Source: a virus
Taxonomy: Duplodnaviria > Caudoviricetes
Virus record (IMG/VR): IMGVR_UViG_3300035074_000056
Location: 1-52,529 of that record
Strand: one strand, 5' to 3'
DNA length: 52,529 bases
Below are positions 8,723 through 18,792 of this stretch, in pieces; the stretch's first letter is position 1, and each line of letters opens with the position of its first letter. The notes under the pieces are model-generated. The model ran no database searches. It saw nothing but the letters and a program-made list of their open reading frames with translations, and had not been told where the DNA came from. The position numbers and the translations under genes were made by a program.

Positions 8723-9258
8723 ACCAAACTCATTACCTTACTCAAAATTTTCCTGTTCGGGATGGCTTTAAGTATATCTATCTTCTGAGAGAGCCTGGCA
8801 CTGATAATGTGCGGTACATTGGCTGTACCAAAAAGCCTGCAATCCGCGCTTCTCAACATGCCAAGACTGGGGATTGGGAGATGAAGATTCTTGATCTTGT
8901 TCCAGAGGATAAGGCTGCTGATTTCGAGGCTGCTTACATTCACATCTATTTGCGGGCAGGTCATCAACTGCGGAACAAGGCGAGTGTAGAGAAAGCCAAG
9001 CGTCGCCCTGAAATATTGAAGCCATGCGCCCTAAAGTACAATGTTAAAGAATGGGGACTTCCAGAGGCTTGGGTGATCCGTCGTTGTGCCAACAAAAGCG
9101 TCACGGCGAAGGTTGTTTTAGAAGAGATTGCACCCCGAGCCGCAAACGTTGGGCCGGTCTACTCTTCAGATCGTTTCAGCGATGACCAACCACCCCCAAC
9201 CGGCAAGTATGCGAACCGATGGGCTTATGAAGAAGCAACAGGCCGCAGCTTTTATTAG
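8719..9258 (+). CDS. GIY-YIG nuclease-domain protein
   Basis: YIYLL...VRYIGCT...R..QH, later E and LRN residues match the GIY-YIG pattern. Confidence 0.75.
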   Translation: MNQTHYLTQNFPVRDGFKYIYLLREPGTDNVRYIGCTKKPAIRASQHAKTGDWEMKILDLVPEDKAADFEAAYIHIYLRAGHQLRNKASVEKAKRRPEILKPCALKYNVKEWGLPEAWVIRRCANKSVTAKVVLEEIAPRAANVGPVYSSDRFSDDQPPPTGKYANRWAYEEATGRSFY

Positions 9259-9662
9259 GCATGGGTGAAATCATAGACCAAGCCATAGAAGATACTAAGT
9301 CTACTGTTGACAAAGCGTCAACGGTTGAACCGGCCACCCTAAAACCCAATACTGATAAGGATTTACAGAAAAAAACACCCTCCGAACCGGCACCCCCTGA
9401 AACAGTCTATGAGCGCGTTCCTGTTGACGACTAACTAATAAAGAGGGATGAAATATGAGCCCAGAAAAATTGATAAAAAAATATGAGCGTCTTGCTGGAC
9501 GAGAGGCCACGGAAACGGAGAAAACAGGGATCATAGAATGTTGCCGAGTCAGCGATATTTTGCTTCGGTATGCCTTTGAGGCTTACTATAAACCGAAGGT
9601 CACTTGGCTGTCAGGCGGCCCCCCTAACAAATAATACCCTTTGATAATGGATGGAATAGAGA

Positions 9663-9902
9663 ATGAGTGAAGACTATACCGCACGATATCTAAAAACCCG
9701 TTCAGAGTTTGTGGAAAAGAATCTGCGGTCATATTTCGGCATCACCGATGAAATATTGGAGCGATGGAAAGCCGACCCTTACCGCACCATGCAGGAGCAG
9801 GCCATCACGCGGGAGGAACTTGGGAAAATAGCCGAGGACTTTGGGGCCTTATTTGATGAGCATCGCCATCCCCTCAGAACTAACAAAGGAGAATCTTTAT
9901 AG
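9663..9902 (+). CDS. Hypothetical protein
   Basis: 79-aa ORF co-oriented with its neighbours. Confidence 0.5.
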   Translation: MSEDYTARYLKTRSEFVEKNLRSYFGITDEILERWKADPYRTMQEQAITREELGKIAEDFGALFDEHRHPLRTNKGESL

Positions 9903-10028
9903 ATGGAAGAGAAGTACAGGCTTTTATACTTTCTAATGAGTATATTTTGTGGTGGTGCCGGCATCATGCTTATCACAATAAGCATCATCATGACTGTCCG
10001 CTTTTACAGACCATAACCCAAACAATAA

Positions 10029-10301
10029 ATGGAGGATAGAATGAGCGAGCAGCGCCGCTATTTCTGCATAAAATGCCAAGACCTAAAACCAGAAAACGAA
10101 TTCCTACCCTCCGTTTGTGCTGGGATGTTAAGCCCCTACTGTGTAGATTGCGAAAATGAGGAGATAGGGCGCGGCTTTCCATGGCCTTATCATGTAAACG
10201 AAGAAGCTCTAAAAGCCAATTACTTGGAGTTTAGAATAAAAGTTGAAGTTAGAGGCAACGCCAGCTTCATAATTGGCCCAAACAGAAAGAATAAATCATG
10301 A
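10029..10301 (+). CDS. Hypothetical zinc-finger-like protein
   Basis: CIKC...YCVDC; GGAGG suggests the true start may be 10041. Confidence 0.5.
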   Translation: MEDRMSEQRRYFCIKCQDLKPENEFLPSVCAGMLSPYCVDCENEEIGRGFPWPYHVNEEALKANYLEFRIKVEVRGNASFIIGPNRKNKS

Positions 10302-10558
10302 CAGATTGGAAACCAATAGAGAACATACCTGAATTTTTGAAACAGGACGAGCGCCGCGTTCAGCTTTGGACAAAGGGGCCTTTTTACCCAGATGGTGAAC
10401 CCATAACAGCCTATTGGGATGGCGACTGTTGGGAATTAGGCGGTAACGAATTTTATGAAAGCTATGATCGTGGCGGCTTTGAACAAGGAGTAACCTTTAC
10501 CCACTACGCAGAAATTACCCCACCAAACACATTGACAACGCCAAATACTACAGCTTAG
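10298..10558 (+). CDS. DUF551-like small phage protein
   Basis: WKPIE...P at the N-terminus and FTHY..I..P at the C-terminus. Confidence 0.55.
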   Translation: MTDWKPIENIPEFLKQDERRVQLWTKGPFYPDGEPITAYWDGDCWELGGNEFYESYDRGGFEQGVTFTHYAEITPPNTLTTPNTTA

Positions 10559-10640
10559 AATTGTTATATTAACTTTCGCACCCCATTTTTGTTAGAGAGT
10601 CACACAATCGATTAACGGCTGCATCCGCCTCCGGGGCATT

Positions 10641-11039
10641 ATGCAGGCCGAGAGGGCGGCGGCGGCGTTGGCATATTTAGAGTGTTGCGGTTTAAAACAA
10701 AAGGCTAAGTCTTATCGCTTGGCGTCCCTGACCAACCCGGATTACAAGTTCCAACGGGCGTACGTCCTTCCCAAGTGCAAGGTTTGCAAGATTAAACTGA
10801 TGCAATGGCGAGGCGAATTACCGGATGGTTCTCTGGATCGGTGGAATGATATCGATTACAGCAACTATAAGCTTTGGCAGAAACGCATCGATAACGGTGA
10901 GGCCAAACCAGAAGCCCAACTTATGAGCGAGTACAGCGAACGCATAGCAGGCCCTATTGACGGGCAGATCCAGTATCAAACCAAGCTATGCGAAGCCCAT
11001 AAGTGGTACAAGGGAAACCGTGTGGTGGTGTCTACATGA
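10641..11039 (+). CDS. Hypothetical Cys-containing protein
   Basis: 132-aa ORF with CC, CKVC and CEAH. Confidence 0.55.
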   Translation: MQAERAAAALAYLECCGLKQKAKSYRLASLTNPDYKFQRAYVLPKCKVCKIKLMQWRGELPDGSLDRWNDIDYSNYKLWQKRIDNGEAKPEAQLMSEYSERIAGPIDGQIQYQTKLCEAHKWYKGNRVVVST

Positions 11040-11228
11040 GTACTGACTTTGCATTAGGCATGCTCGCTGGGTTGGTCATAGGTCAACTACTAATCCAGAT
11101 CTTTCGATGATTCGGTGGTTCTTGAGCTTCTTCGGTGTGCATTGCAACCGTTGTAATAAACGATTCACTCAGCGATTCAAGGGCGAACGCTACTGCTTTA
11201 AGTGTGTACAGCTCAGTAGGATGTAGCC

Positions 11229-11462
11229 ATGCACCTGACCTCTACCTTAAATGATGTAGCTTGGGCATTAGAGCAATGCAGTTATGCAGTATCCCCACAG
11301 GTTAAAGAAGTTTTAGAGCATGAGCGCAAGCGCCTACTTGAAGCATCAAAGATAATCGCCGTAACAGGTAAAGACATAGAGCTATCCAGACTGTATGCCC
11401 AAGTACAGCAGGGCATCCCAAGACCAGACCCAAGACCTGATTCAGGGGATTATCGATTTTAA
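11229..11462 (+). CDS. Hypothetical protein
   Basis: 77-aa ORF immediately upstream of the HNH gene. Confidence 0.5.
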   Translation: MHLTSTLNDVAWALEQCSYAVSPQVKEVLEHERKRLLEASKIIAVTGKDIELSRLYAQVQQGIPRPDPRPDSGDYRF

Positions 11463-11465
11463 CCC

Positions 11466-11816
11466 ATGCCCAAACAGCCCCCCTCCTTCAAGCCCCTACA
11501 TCACAAAACAGATAAACAAAGACAGAAGGACAACGACCAATGGCGTGGTAGTGCTAGTAGCAGGGGCTACAACCATCACTGGCGAGAGGCAAGGGAAGCT
11601 TGGTTGATGGTACACCCTTTGTGTGTACACTGCCTCAAGCAGGGCAGGACAGAGGCCGCTACTGTGGTTGACCACATCATCCCTCACTGTGGGGATATGG
11701 TTCTATTCTGGGATAGCGCAAACAACTGGCAGTCTTTGTGTAAGACACACCACGATGTCAAGACGGCAAGTGAAGACGGTGGGTTTGGGAATAAATTCAA
11801 ATCTAAATCAAAATAA
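11466..11816 (+). CDS. HNH endonuclease (HK97 gp74-like packaging cofactor)
   Basis: RGY...W...HPLCVHC...VDHIIPH...NWQSLC..HH..KT; directly upstream of the terminase genes. Confidence 0.9.
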   Translation: MPKQPPSFKPLHHKTDKQRQKDNDQWRGSASSRGYNHHWREAREAWLMVHPLCVHCLKQGRTEAATVVDHIIPHCGDMVLFWDSANNWQSLCKTHHDVKTASEDGGFGNKFKSKSK

Positions 11817-11854
11817 TAAATTATTAAAACAGAATTCAAATCTTGATTCAAATA

Positions 11855-11940
11855 TGAAGGGGTAGGGGTCAATATCTCTGGTATATACGAATGACAGACC
11901 GCGCCGTCCACAAACTTTTTTCTCCACAAAATTCAAAGTT
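11855..11940. other. Candidate cos (cohesive-end) region
   Basis: GC-rich island (GGGGTAGGGG...GACCGCGCCGTCC) in an AT-rich spacer between HNH and TerS, the usual position in HK97-like cos phages. Confidence 0.45.
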
Positions 11941-12145
11941 TTAAATAGAAGCTAAAAAGCATATACAAAATGGCTAATTTATCGCCTTTCCATATCTAAA
12001 ATTGTTTAGAAGTGTTTCTGAAATTGTTTTTAAAAAATAATAGCAACACCCCCTGAGTGGGTTTCCAGCTCTAAAAAAAGTGAGTGTTGCCGCAAACAAA
12101 GGTTTGGCGCAGGTTTCGCGCTCATGCATCATAAAGGAAATCAGA

Positions 12146-12565
12146 ATGACCAGAGGCAGACCGCCAAAGGCCACGAAAGTGCTTGAGCTGTCGGGGGCCT
12201 ACAAAAAGAACCCCCAACGCAAGAAGGCCCGCGCAAGCGAGATTCAGCCAAGCGCAGGGCCTATGCCTGAATGGCGCTGCATGGAAGGCAAGACGGACAA
12301 GGACGCCTTCGACATACTGATTGCATCCATTAACCCGGCGGTCTTGACGCCTGACGACTACGTTGTTCTTCATATCATGGCGCATTTGCTGTTTTTGAGC
12401 TGGCACGATGCCGCGACGGCTTCACAGCAGACTTTGCTGGTCAATACCCTTTGCGGAAAATTTGGCATGTCCCCATCGGATCGGGCGCGGATGCAAGGCC
12501 CGGCGAAGGAAAAGCCAAAGAACCGGTGGAGTGATGTGGGATCAGATCGCACAGAAGTACGCTGA
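12146..12565 (+). CDS. terS: Terminase small subunit (P27-like)
   Basis: GRPPKAT..L.G N-terminus and FGMSPSDRAR C-terminal motif. Confidence 0.85.
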   Translation: MTRGRPPKATKVLELSGAYKKNPQRKKARASEIQPSAGPMPEWRCMEGKTDKDAFDILIASINPAVLTPDDYVVLHIMAHLLFLSWHDAATASQQTLLVNTLCGKFGMSPSDRARMQGPAKEKPKNRWSDVGSDRTEVR

Positions 12566-14186
12566 AGATGTAGTTAAGGGGCGTATTGCTGCGGGGGAAT
12601 TCGTCAAGCTGTCTTGCAGGCGGCATTTAAACGACCTCAAGAAACAGCAGAAAAGGACGTTTCCCTACAGGCTCAACCCGAAAAAGGTCGAGAAGGTTTG
12701 TAAATTCATTTCCCAGTTGAAACATATCAAAGGGAAATGGGCCGGGACTGAAATCAAATTAGAACCCTGGCAGGTGTTTTTCCTGGCCAACGTGTTCGGC
12801 TGGGAACGGAAATCGGACGGGCTGCGGCGCTTTCGGGAAGCTTACCTTGAAGTCCCCCGGAAGAATGCCAAGTCTACCCTTGCCGCCGGAATCGGGCTGT
12901 ATATGCTCACCGCAGATGGAGAGCCCGGTGCGGAAGTGTACGCAGGGGCCACCACCGAGAAACAAGCTTGGGAGGTGTTCAATCCTGCAAGGCTGATGTC
13001 CAAGCGGGATGCTGAGTTTTTAGAACATTTTGATCTGACGGTAGCAGCTCGATCAATCTTCAGTGAGGCCAATGCGGCCAAGTTCGAGCCGATTGTAGGC
13101 GATCCTGGGGATGGCTCCAGCCCGCATTGTTCTATTACGGATGAGTACCACGAACACCCTACCGACAGACAGTACGACACAATGGCCACCGGGATGGGGG
13201 CACGGGAACAGCCGTTACGGTTGATTACCACGACTGCCGGGGTGGATATTTCTTCTCCCTGCTATTTGAAGAGGGACGAGGTGATCAAGGTTCTCAGGGA
13301 AATCATCGAAGACCCGGAGATATTCGGACTCATCTACACCTTAGATGATGAGGATGAGTGGACGGAGTACGAGAACTGGAAGAAGGCCAACCCGAATTAC
13401 GGGGTTTCCGTCTTTAATGACTACCTGATAGGCCGTCTACGAACAGCAATCAACAACCCGGCCAAGCGAAACATCATCCGCTGTAAACATTTGAACCAGT
13501 GGATGAACAGCGCGGCGCTGTGGATGGATATCCTGAAGTGGAAACGCTGCGCAGATACCACGCTGTCGATTGATGATTTTGCTGGCGAGAAATGCGAAAT
13601 CGCGCTTGACCTGGCAACCAAGATCGACCTGGCAGCGAAAGCTTATATTTTCCACAAGAACGGGAAACGCTACCTTTTCCTGAAGTTTTACGCGCCGGAA
13701 GAAGCGGTACAAAACAACTCTCGTTATCAGCAATGGGTGGCCCAAGGGTGGATTAAGGAAACCATGGGCGACGTGATCGACTTTGAGCAGATCAAGGACG
13801 ATTTACGGGAAGATTGCAAACGCTTCGACATTCAGCACATCGCCTATGACCCTTGGCAGGCCACGCAATTAGCGACAGAAATGCTAGCCGAGGGTGCCCC
13901 GATGATGGAATACCGAAACACGGTCGGCACCATGTCGGAGCCCATGAAGCAGCTCCAGTCCGACGCCTACGCGGGGAAGATCGTTTACAACGGCGATCCA
14001 GTCCTCGATTGGATGATGAGCAACGTTACCGCCAAATTAGATTTTAAAGACAACATTTTCCCGCGTAAGGAAATTGATGCAAACAAGATCGACGGCGTGG
14101 TGGCATCAATCATGGCCATGGGCTTGTCGATTCTGTATCAGGACCAGTATCTAACGGGATACGAGCATGGGATTGAATTCATATAA
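12534..14186 (+). CDS. terL: Terminase large subunit
   Basis: LEPWQ, Walker A VPRKNAKST, Walker B ITDEYH, ITTTAG, KANPN, ALDLA, YDPW, KIDGVVA. Confidence 0.95.
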   Translation: MWDQIAQKYAEDVVKGRIAAGEFVKLSCRRHLNDLKKQQKRTFPYRLNPKKVEKVCKFISQLKHIKGKWAGTEIKLEPWQVFFLANVFGWERKSDGLRRFREAYLEVPRKNAKSTLAAGIGLYMLTADGEPGAEVYAGATTEKQAWEVFNPARLMSKRDAEFLEHFDLTVAARSIFSEANAAKFEPIVGDPGDGSSPHCSITDEYHEHPTDRQYDTMATGMGAREQPLRLITTTAGVDISSPCYLKRDEVIKVLREIIEDPEIFGLIYTLDDEDEWTEYENWKKANPNYGVSVFNDYLIGRLRTAINNPAKRNIIRCKHLNQWMNSAALWMDILKWKRCADTTLSIDDFAGEKCEIALDLATKIDLAAKAYIFHKNGKRYLFLKFYAPEEAVQNNSRYQQWVAQGWIKETMGDVIDFEQIKDDLREDCKRFDIQHIAYDPWQATQLATEMLAEGAPMMEYRNTVGTMSEPMKQLQSDAYAGKIVYNGDPVLDWMMSNVTAKLDFKDNIFPRKEIDANKIDGVVASIMAMGLSILYQDQYLTGYEHGIEFI

Positions 14187-15457
14187 TGGGTCTAATCGAG
14201 CGAATTTCAAACCTATGGACGCCCAAAGCCTCCACCCCTGGTCCATTGGACGATTTTTGGTACAACCAAAGCCCGTACATGAGCAGCGCCGGGGTCAAGA
14301 TCAACCCGGACACAGCCATGCAGATTACGGCTGTATACGCCTGCGTCCGCGTGATATCGGAGACCATTGGCTCCCTGCCGCTGATTCTGTACAAAAACAC
14401 TGGGGATTCAGCCAAAGAACGGGCGATTGAGCATCCTCTTTATAAGATTCTGCAATTCCGGCCCAATCATTACCAAACCGCGTTTGAGTTCTGGGAACAG
14501 GTCGGGATCTCCTGCTGCATGCGGGGCGTGTTTTACGCCAAGATTGTGCTGAGCCGCTCGGGACAGGTGGAAGCCTTGCTTCCTTTGCATCCGGATCGCA
14601 TGTGGATTGAGTCTCTTGCCCCGTACAAGTGGCGTTATCGCTATCATGACGAGTTCGGCAATGAAAAATATTTTATGCCGGATGAGCTGTTCAGGGTGCT
14701 TTTGTACTCGGAACCGGACGGGATTACCCCGATTTCACCGATTAGGGCCAATGCGGACAGTGTAGGCATTACTGAAGCCGCTGAGCGATACGCAGCAAAC
14801 TATTTTGGTAATTCTGCCACCCCTGGCGGATCATTGGAAGCCGATGGTAGGCTGACCGATGAGGCTAAAAAAGCAGTCGGTGAAAGCTGGAACCGCATGT
14901 TCCGAGGCCCAGACAAGGCCGGTAAGATCGCGGTGCTGGATCAAGGTTTGAAATTCAAGCAGATCACCATTAATAACGACGATTCCCAGCTTTTAGAAAC
15001 CCGGCAATTCCAATTAACGGACATTGCCCGGATCTTCCGGGTGCCACCGCACCTCATTCAAGACCTCACCCGCTCCACCTTCAGCAACATTGAGCATCAA
15101 TCGCTGGATTTCGTGACCCACACCGCCCGCCCCTGGCTGCGGCGCATTGGGCAGTGTGTTCAGCGGGATTTGCTGCTGGATAACGAGCTGGATCAGTATT
15201 TTGCGGAATTCTGGACGAAGGATCTCATGGCGGCCGATGCCAAGGCGCGGGCGGAATACAACGCCAGCGGCATTCAAAACGGCTGGATGACGCCCAATGA
15301 GGCGCGGGTTTCCGAAGGCTTGAACCCTCTGGATGACCTGGATGAGCCCATGATTCCGAATAACCTGCGAAAACTCAGCGACCCACCGCCTACAGCGGCA
15401 CCCCCTGGCAAAGAACCGGGGCAGCAGTCCACAAGCAAGGGAAATAGCGATAAATGA
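14186..15457 (+). CDS. HK97-family portal protein
   Basis: AVYACVRVISETIGSLP, PN.YQT, IARIFRVPP.L, TFSNIEHQ, GWMTPNEAR. Confidence 0.95.
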   Translation: MGLIERISNLWTPKASTPGPLDDFWYNQSPYMSSAGVKINPDTAMQITAVYACVRVISETIGSLPLILYKNTGDSAKERAIEHPLYKILQFRPNHYQTAFEFWEQVGISCCMRGVFYAKIVLSRSGQVEALLPLHPDRMWIESLAPYKWRYRYHDEFGNEKYFMPDELFRVLLYSEPDGITPISPIRANADSVGITEAAERYAANYFGNSATPGGSLEADGRLTDEAKKAVGESWNRMFRGPDKAGKIAVLDQGLKFKQITINNDDSQLLETRQFQLTDIARIFRVPPHLIQDLTRSTFSNIEHQSLDFVTHTARPWLRRIGQCVQRDLLLDNELDQYFAEFWTKDLMAADAKARAEYNASGIQNGWMTPNEARVSEGLNPLDDLDEPMIPNNLRKLSDPPPTAAPPGKEPGQQSTSKGNSDK

Positions 15458-16389
15458 AGCTTGCAAGCTTATTCAATAGCACCATTTGGGCGATTCGGGC
15501 GGAAGAATTCGAACTTTTAAACCAATATGTCTCGCTTCAGATTCGAGGCATTCAAAACCCGGAAGTAGAAGCCCAGATTCAGGCGTTAAAGCGTGGCCGT
15601 CCGGCTAAAATCTCCGGCGGCGTGGCTGTTTTGCCGGTTCGTGGCGTAATTTCCCACCGTTCTTCCTTTTTCTCCGAGCTTTTCGGCGGGGCCAGCGTGG
15701 AAAGAATGTCCGAAGACCTCGATATGATGGTGAAAAACCCGAATATCGGGGCGATTGTGCTAGATGTAGACTCCCCCGGCGGCTCTGTCTCCGGCGTTAT
15801 GGAATTTGCCGAGCAGATTCAGGAAGCTCGCAAGGAAAAGAAAATCGTGGCCGTTGCGAACCCTCAATCGGCCTCTGCGGCGTATCATATCGCCAGCGCA
15901 GCGGAAGAATTGATAGTGGCTCCCTCCGGGTCCGTGGGTTCCATCGGTGTGTTTATGATGCACCAGGACTTTTCCGAGGCTATGAAGGCTGAAGGCATCA
16001 ATACAACCTTCATCAAGGCTGGGAAGTATAAAACTGAGGGCAATCCCTATGAACCCCTCACAGACGAGGCCAAAGAGGCCCTGCAAGAGCGCGTAGACGC
16101 TTATTATGATTATTTCGTCAAAGGCGTGGCCAAAGGCCGGGGCGTGAATGCTTCGGATGTCCGGAATGGATTCGGGCAGGGGCGCATGGTGATGGCGAAA
16201 GACGCCGTGAAGCAAGGCATGGCGGATCGAGTGGGGACGTTGGCGGATACGCTGCAAAGACTCGGTGTAAAAGCCGAAAGTGAACGAAAGTTTCTCTCCG
16301 GTGAGGCGGAAACGCCGGACATAGAAGCGACAAGCGATGACAAAGCCCTGGAAGCAGAGCGGCGGCAGCGCGAGATCGACATGTTTTAA
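15454..16389 (+). CDS. S49/SppA-like prohead protease
   Basis: LDVDSPGGSV, SASAAYHIAS, GSIGV, AGKYK. Confidence 0.9.
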   Translation: MKLASLFNSTIWAIRAEEFELLNQYVSLQIRGIQNPEVEAQIQALKRGRPAKISGGVAVLPVRGVISHRSSFFSELFGGASVERMSEDLDMMVKNPNIGAIVLDVDSPGGSVSGVMEFAEQIQEARKEKKIVAVANPQSASAAYHIASAAEELIVAPSGSVGSIGVFMMHQDFSEAMKAEGINTTFIKAGKYKTEGNPYEPLTDEAKEALQERVDAYYDYFVKGVAKGRGVNASDVRNGFGQGRMVMAKDAVKQGMADRVGTLADTLQRLGVKAESERKFLSGEAETPDIEATSDDKALEAERRQREIDMF

Positions 16390-16410
16390 CACAATAAGGA
16401 GAGAACATTA

Positions 16411-17733
16411 ATGAACGACGCGATCGTTTCGCGCCAGCGCGAGCTTGCCGCAATCAAAAAAGATATGGAAACGCTGCATAAAGACAGTGGCAATAACAAA
16501 CTGTCCAGCGATCAGGAGATCACATGGGGCCAATTGCTGGAAAAAAAGAACGCAGTTGAAGCCGCATTGCAACGGGAAGTTGAGATCCACCAAGCGGATA
16601 AAACCCTGACTGCGCTTTCTGGTTCCGAAAAAGAACAACACGAAGAAGCTGAGCGCCAAGAATCTCTTGCAAACCCGAAATTGTTTGCCTCTTTGGGCGA
16701 TCAAATGCAGGCCATTCACCGTGCGATCTCCTCGCATGGCCGCGAAGTGGATGATCGGTTGCTGAAAATCAACGCTGCCGCTAGCGGGGCCGCAACCAGC
16801 CCGCAAGAGGATGGCGGTTATTTCATTCAAAAGCAATTCATGCAGGATATCTGGCAGAACCCGGTTTCTGTTGGCCAACTGGCTGCACGTTGCTCAAAAT
16901 ACACGATTGGCAACGGGTTCAACGGGATTAAAATCCCCATGCTGCGCGACACCAACCGGACAGATGGCAACCGTTTCGGCGGTGTGGCCGTGTATCGTGC
17001 GGGTGAGGCCACTAGCGTGGATTTCACCAAGATCAAGTTCGACATTTCGGAAATGTATGCCAACAAGATGCAAGGCTACTTTGCATTGACTCACGAAGTC
17101 ATGCGCGACGCTTCCGCAGTGGAATCCTTGACTAAAATGGCCATCGGTCAGGAATTTGCCGTGGTTTTGGATGAAGAAATCTATGACGGCGACGGCGGGC
17201 AAGGTCGTTGCAAGGGCTTCATGAACAGCGGGGCTAAAATCTCCGTGTCCAAGGAAACCAACCAGGCGGCGGCAACACTGGTACCGCAGAACATCGTGAA
17301 GATGTATGCCCGCATGAATCCCCGTTTCCTGTCCAATGCAGTTTGGCTAGCCAATAACGACATTATGCCGCAGTTGGCCTTGATGACTCTGCCGATTGGT
17401 ACTGCTGGTGTGCCGGTGTTCTTACCTCCGAATGGGTTAGCCAGCGCCCCTGGCGGCATGCTGTATGGCCGTCCCATTGTTTTTGTGGAAACCGCAGAAA
17501 CGCTGGGCACCGAAGGCGACTTGGTACTGGCCGATCTGAGCCAATACGCTTTGGTCCAGAAAGAAGGCATGCGGGTTGCTCAATCCGAGCATGTCCTGTT
17601 TGCCAGCGATCAGGTTGTCTTCCGCTTCACGATGGAAGTGGGCGGTCAATCCAAGTACAACGAGCCGATCACGCCTAAAAAAGGCACCAGTAACACGCTG
17701 TCGCCTTACGTCACCCTCGCGACTCGTTCATAA
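16411..17733 (+). CDS. Major capsid protein (HK97 fold with N-terminal delta domain)
   Basis: Coiled-coil N-terminus, DGGYFI, LYGRPIV, ADLSQY; position after the protease; strong AAGGAG RBS. Confidence 0.92.
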   Translation: MNDAIVSRQRELAAIKKDMETLHKDSGNNKLSSDQEITWGQLLEKKNAVEAALQREVEIHQADKTLTALSGSEKEQHEEAERQESLANPKLFASLGDQMQAIHRAISSHGREVDDRLLKINAAASGAATSPQEDGGYFIQKQFMQDIWQNPVSVGQLAARCSKYTIGNGFNGIKIPMLRDTNRTDGNRFGGVAVYRAGEATSVDFTKIKFDISEMYANKMQGYFALTHEVMRDASAVESLTKMAIGQEFAVVLDEEIYDGDGGQGRCKGFMNSGAKISVSKETNQAAATLVPQNIVKMYARMNPRFLSNAVWLANNDIMPQLALMTLPIGTAGVPVFLPPNGLASAPGGMLYGRPIVFVETAETLGTEGDLVLADLSQYALVQKEGMRVAQSEHVLFASDQVVFRFTMEVGGQSKYNEPITPKKGTSNTLSPYVTLATRS

Positions 17734-17742
17734 CATTCATTT

Positions 17743-17774
17743 TTCCACGGGAGAAGGCGGAACCTCCCGTGGAA
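17743..17774 (+). promoter_or_regulatory. Perfect 11-bp hairpin after the capsid gene with AGGCGGAA in the loop
   Basis: TTCCACGGGAG-AAGGCGGAAC-CTCCCGTGGAA. Confidence 0.55.
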
Positions 17775-17809
17775 CCCTCTATTTTCAGTAAATTTTAGGA
17801 GTTTCCGCC

Positions 17810-18319
17810 ATGCAAAACCAAGGCTATCCCTTTGTTGGCAACTTGCACGTTGTCAACTCGTTGCCCCCTTCGACCAACGCCACGGGCAGTTCGAACCTCA
17901 CCAGCGACGTGATGGCGCTCAAAAACTACAACCGAGCAGCCAACATCATCACATTTTCCACCCACGCGGATGCGGGCATTCTGACGGTTTACAAGTCCAG
18001 TGACTTGACCGCCAACAGCACCCGGACCATCGCGTTCACCTATTACTACAGCACTCAGGCAAGCGTAGACACGTTGAGCACCGCGCAATCTGCTACCAGC
18101 ACCGGGATTTCCCTGGGCACGGTCGATAACGGCATTGTGGTGTTTGAAGTGTCGATGGACGACCTCACTTCTACCAGCGGCATTAGCGCCACTACAGACG
18201 TGACGTTCTCGAACTTCTACTACACCCTGACCGAATCAACCGGCCAATCGGTGTCTGGTGTGACGATCCTTTCCGGCGCTCGCTACGTTCGTAGCCCGAT
18301 GCCCACTGCAATCGCGTAG
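17810..18319 (+). CDS. Ser/Thr-rich putative capsid decoration/virion protein
   Basis: Follows the capsid gene; AGGAG RBS; 51 of 169 residues are S/T by hand count. Confidence 0.7.
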   Translation: MQNQGYPFVGNLHVVNSLPPSTNATGSSNLTSDVMALKNYNRAANIITFSTHADAGILTVYKSSDLTANSTRTIAFTYYYSTQASVDTLSTAQSATSTGISLGTVDNGIVVFEVSMDDLTSTSGISATTDVTFSNFYYTLTESTGQSVSGVTILSGARYVRSPMPTAIA

Positions 18320-18329
18320 GGGGTGACTG

Positions 18330-18770
18330 ATGGGACTGAAAAGTGTTTATAACTCGACCTACGGGGCAACGGAAGGCGGGTTGCGTTGGGAGTCAAACTC
18401 GACTCAAAACGCGGCGATTATCCACTCCACGCAGGTCGTGCGGCATATCCCGATCTTTACCGGGTCAACGAGTGCCACAAACCCGCAATTCGGGTTCATC
18501 ACCGTAACTTCAACAAACGGAGCGCTGGTGTATGACATCGGCGCACCGATTGCCCCTTACGGTCATGAGTTGTCGATTTTCTGTGTGGCCCATACCTCGG
18601 TCAACACCGTGAAAGTCCGGTTCAGCACCGATGCTTCGATCACCCTCGACGGCACTAATGGGGCGGTCAGTTTCACCACTGGCGGCAACATTATTGACCT
18701 GATCGCGGCCTCTTCGCAGCGCTGGTACCTGAAGAACTACTCAACACAAGTCGCATTTTCAACCAACTAG
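18330..18770 (+). CDS. Ser/Thr-rich putative virion protein
   Basis: Beta-rich composition, 8 ST dipeptides, late-operon position. Confidence 0.65.
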   Translation: MGLKSVYNSTYGATEGGLRWESNSTQNAAIIHSTQVVRHIPIFTGSTSATNPQFGFITVTSTNGALVYDIGAPIAPYGHELSIFCVAHTSVNTVKVRFSTDASITLDGTNGAVSFTTGGNIIDLIAASSQRWYLKNYSTQVAFSTN

Positions 18771-18792
18771 TCAGCATAGAAAGGCGGAATCT

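Noticed and set aside
15760-17649. Long antisense ORFs opposite the protease and capsid genes, and similar ones elsewhere
   Set aside because: Fully overlap well-supported genes and have no recognisable motifs
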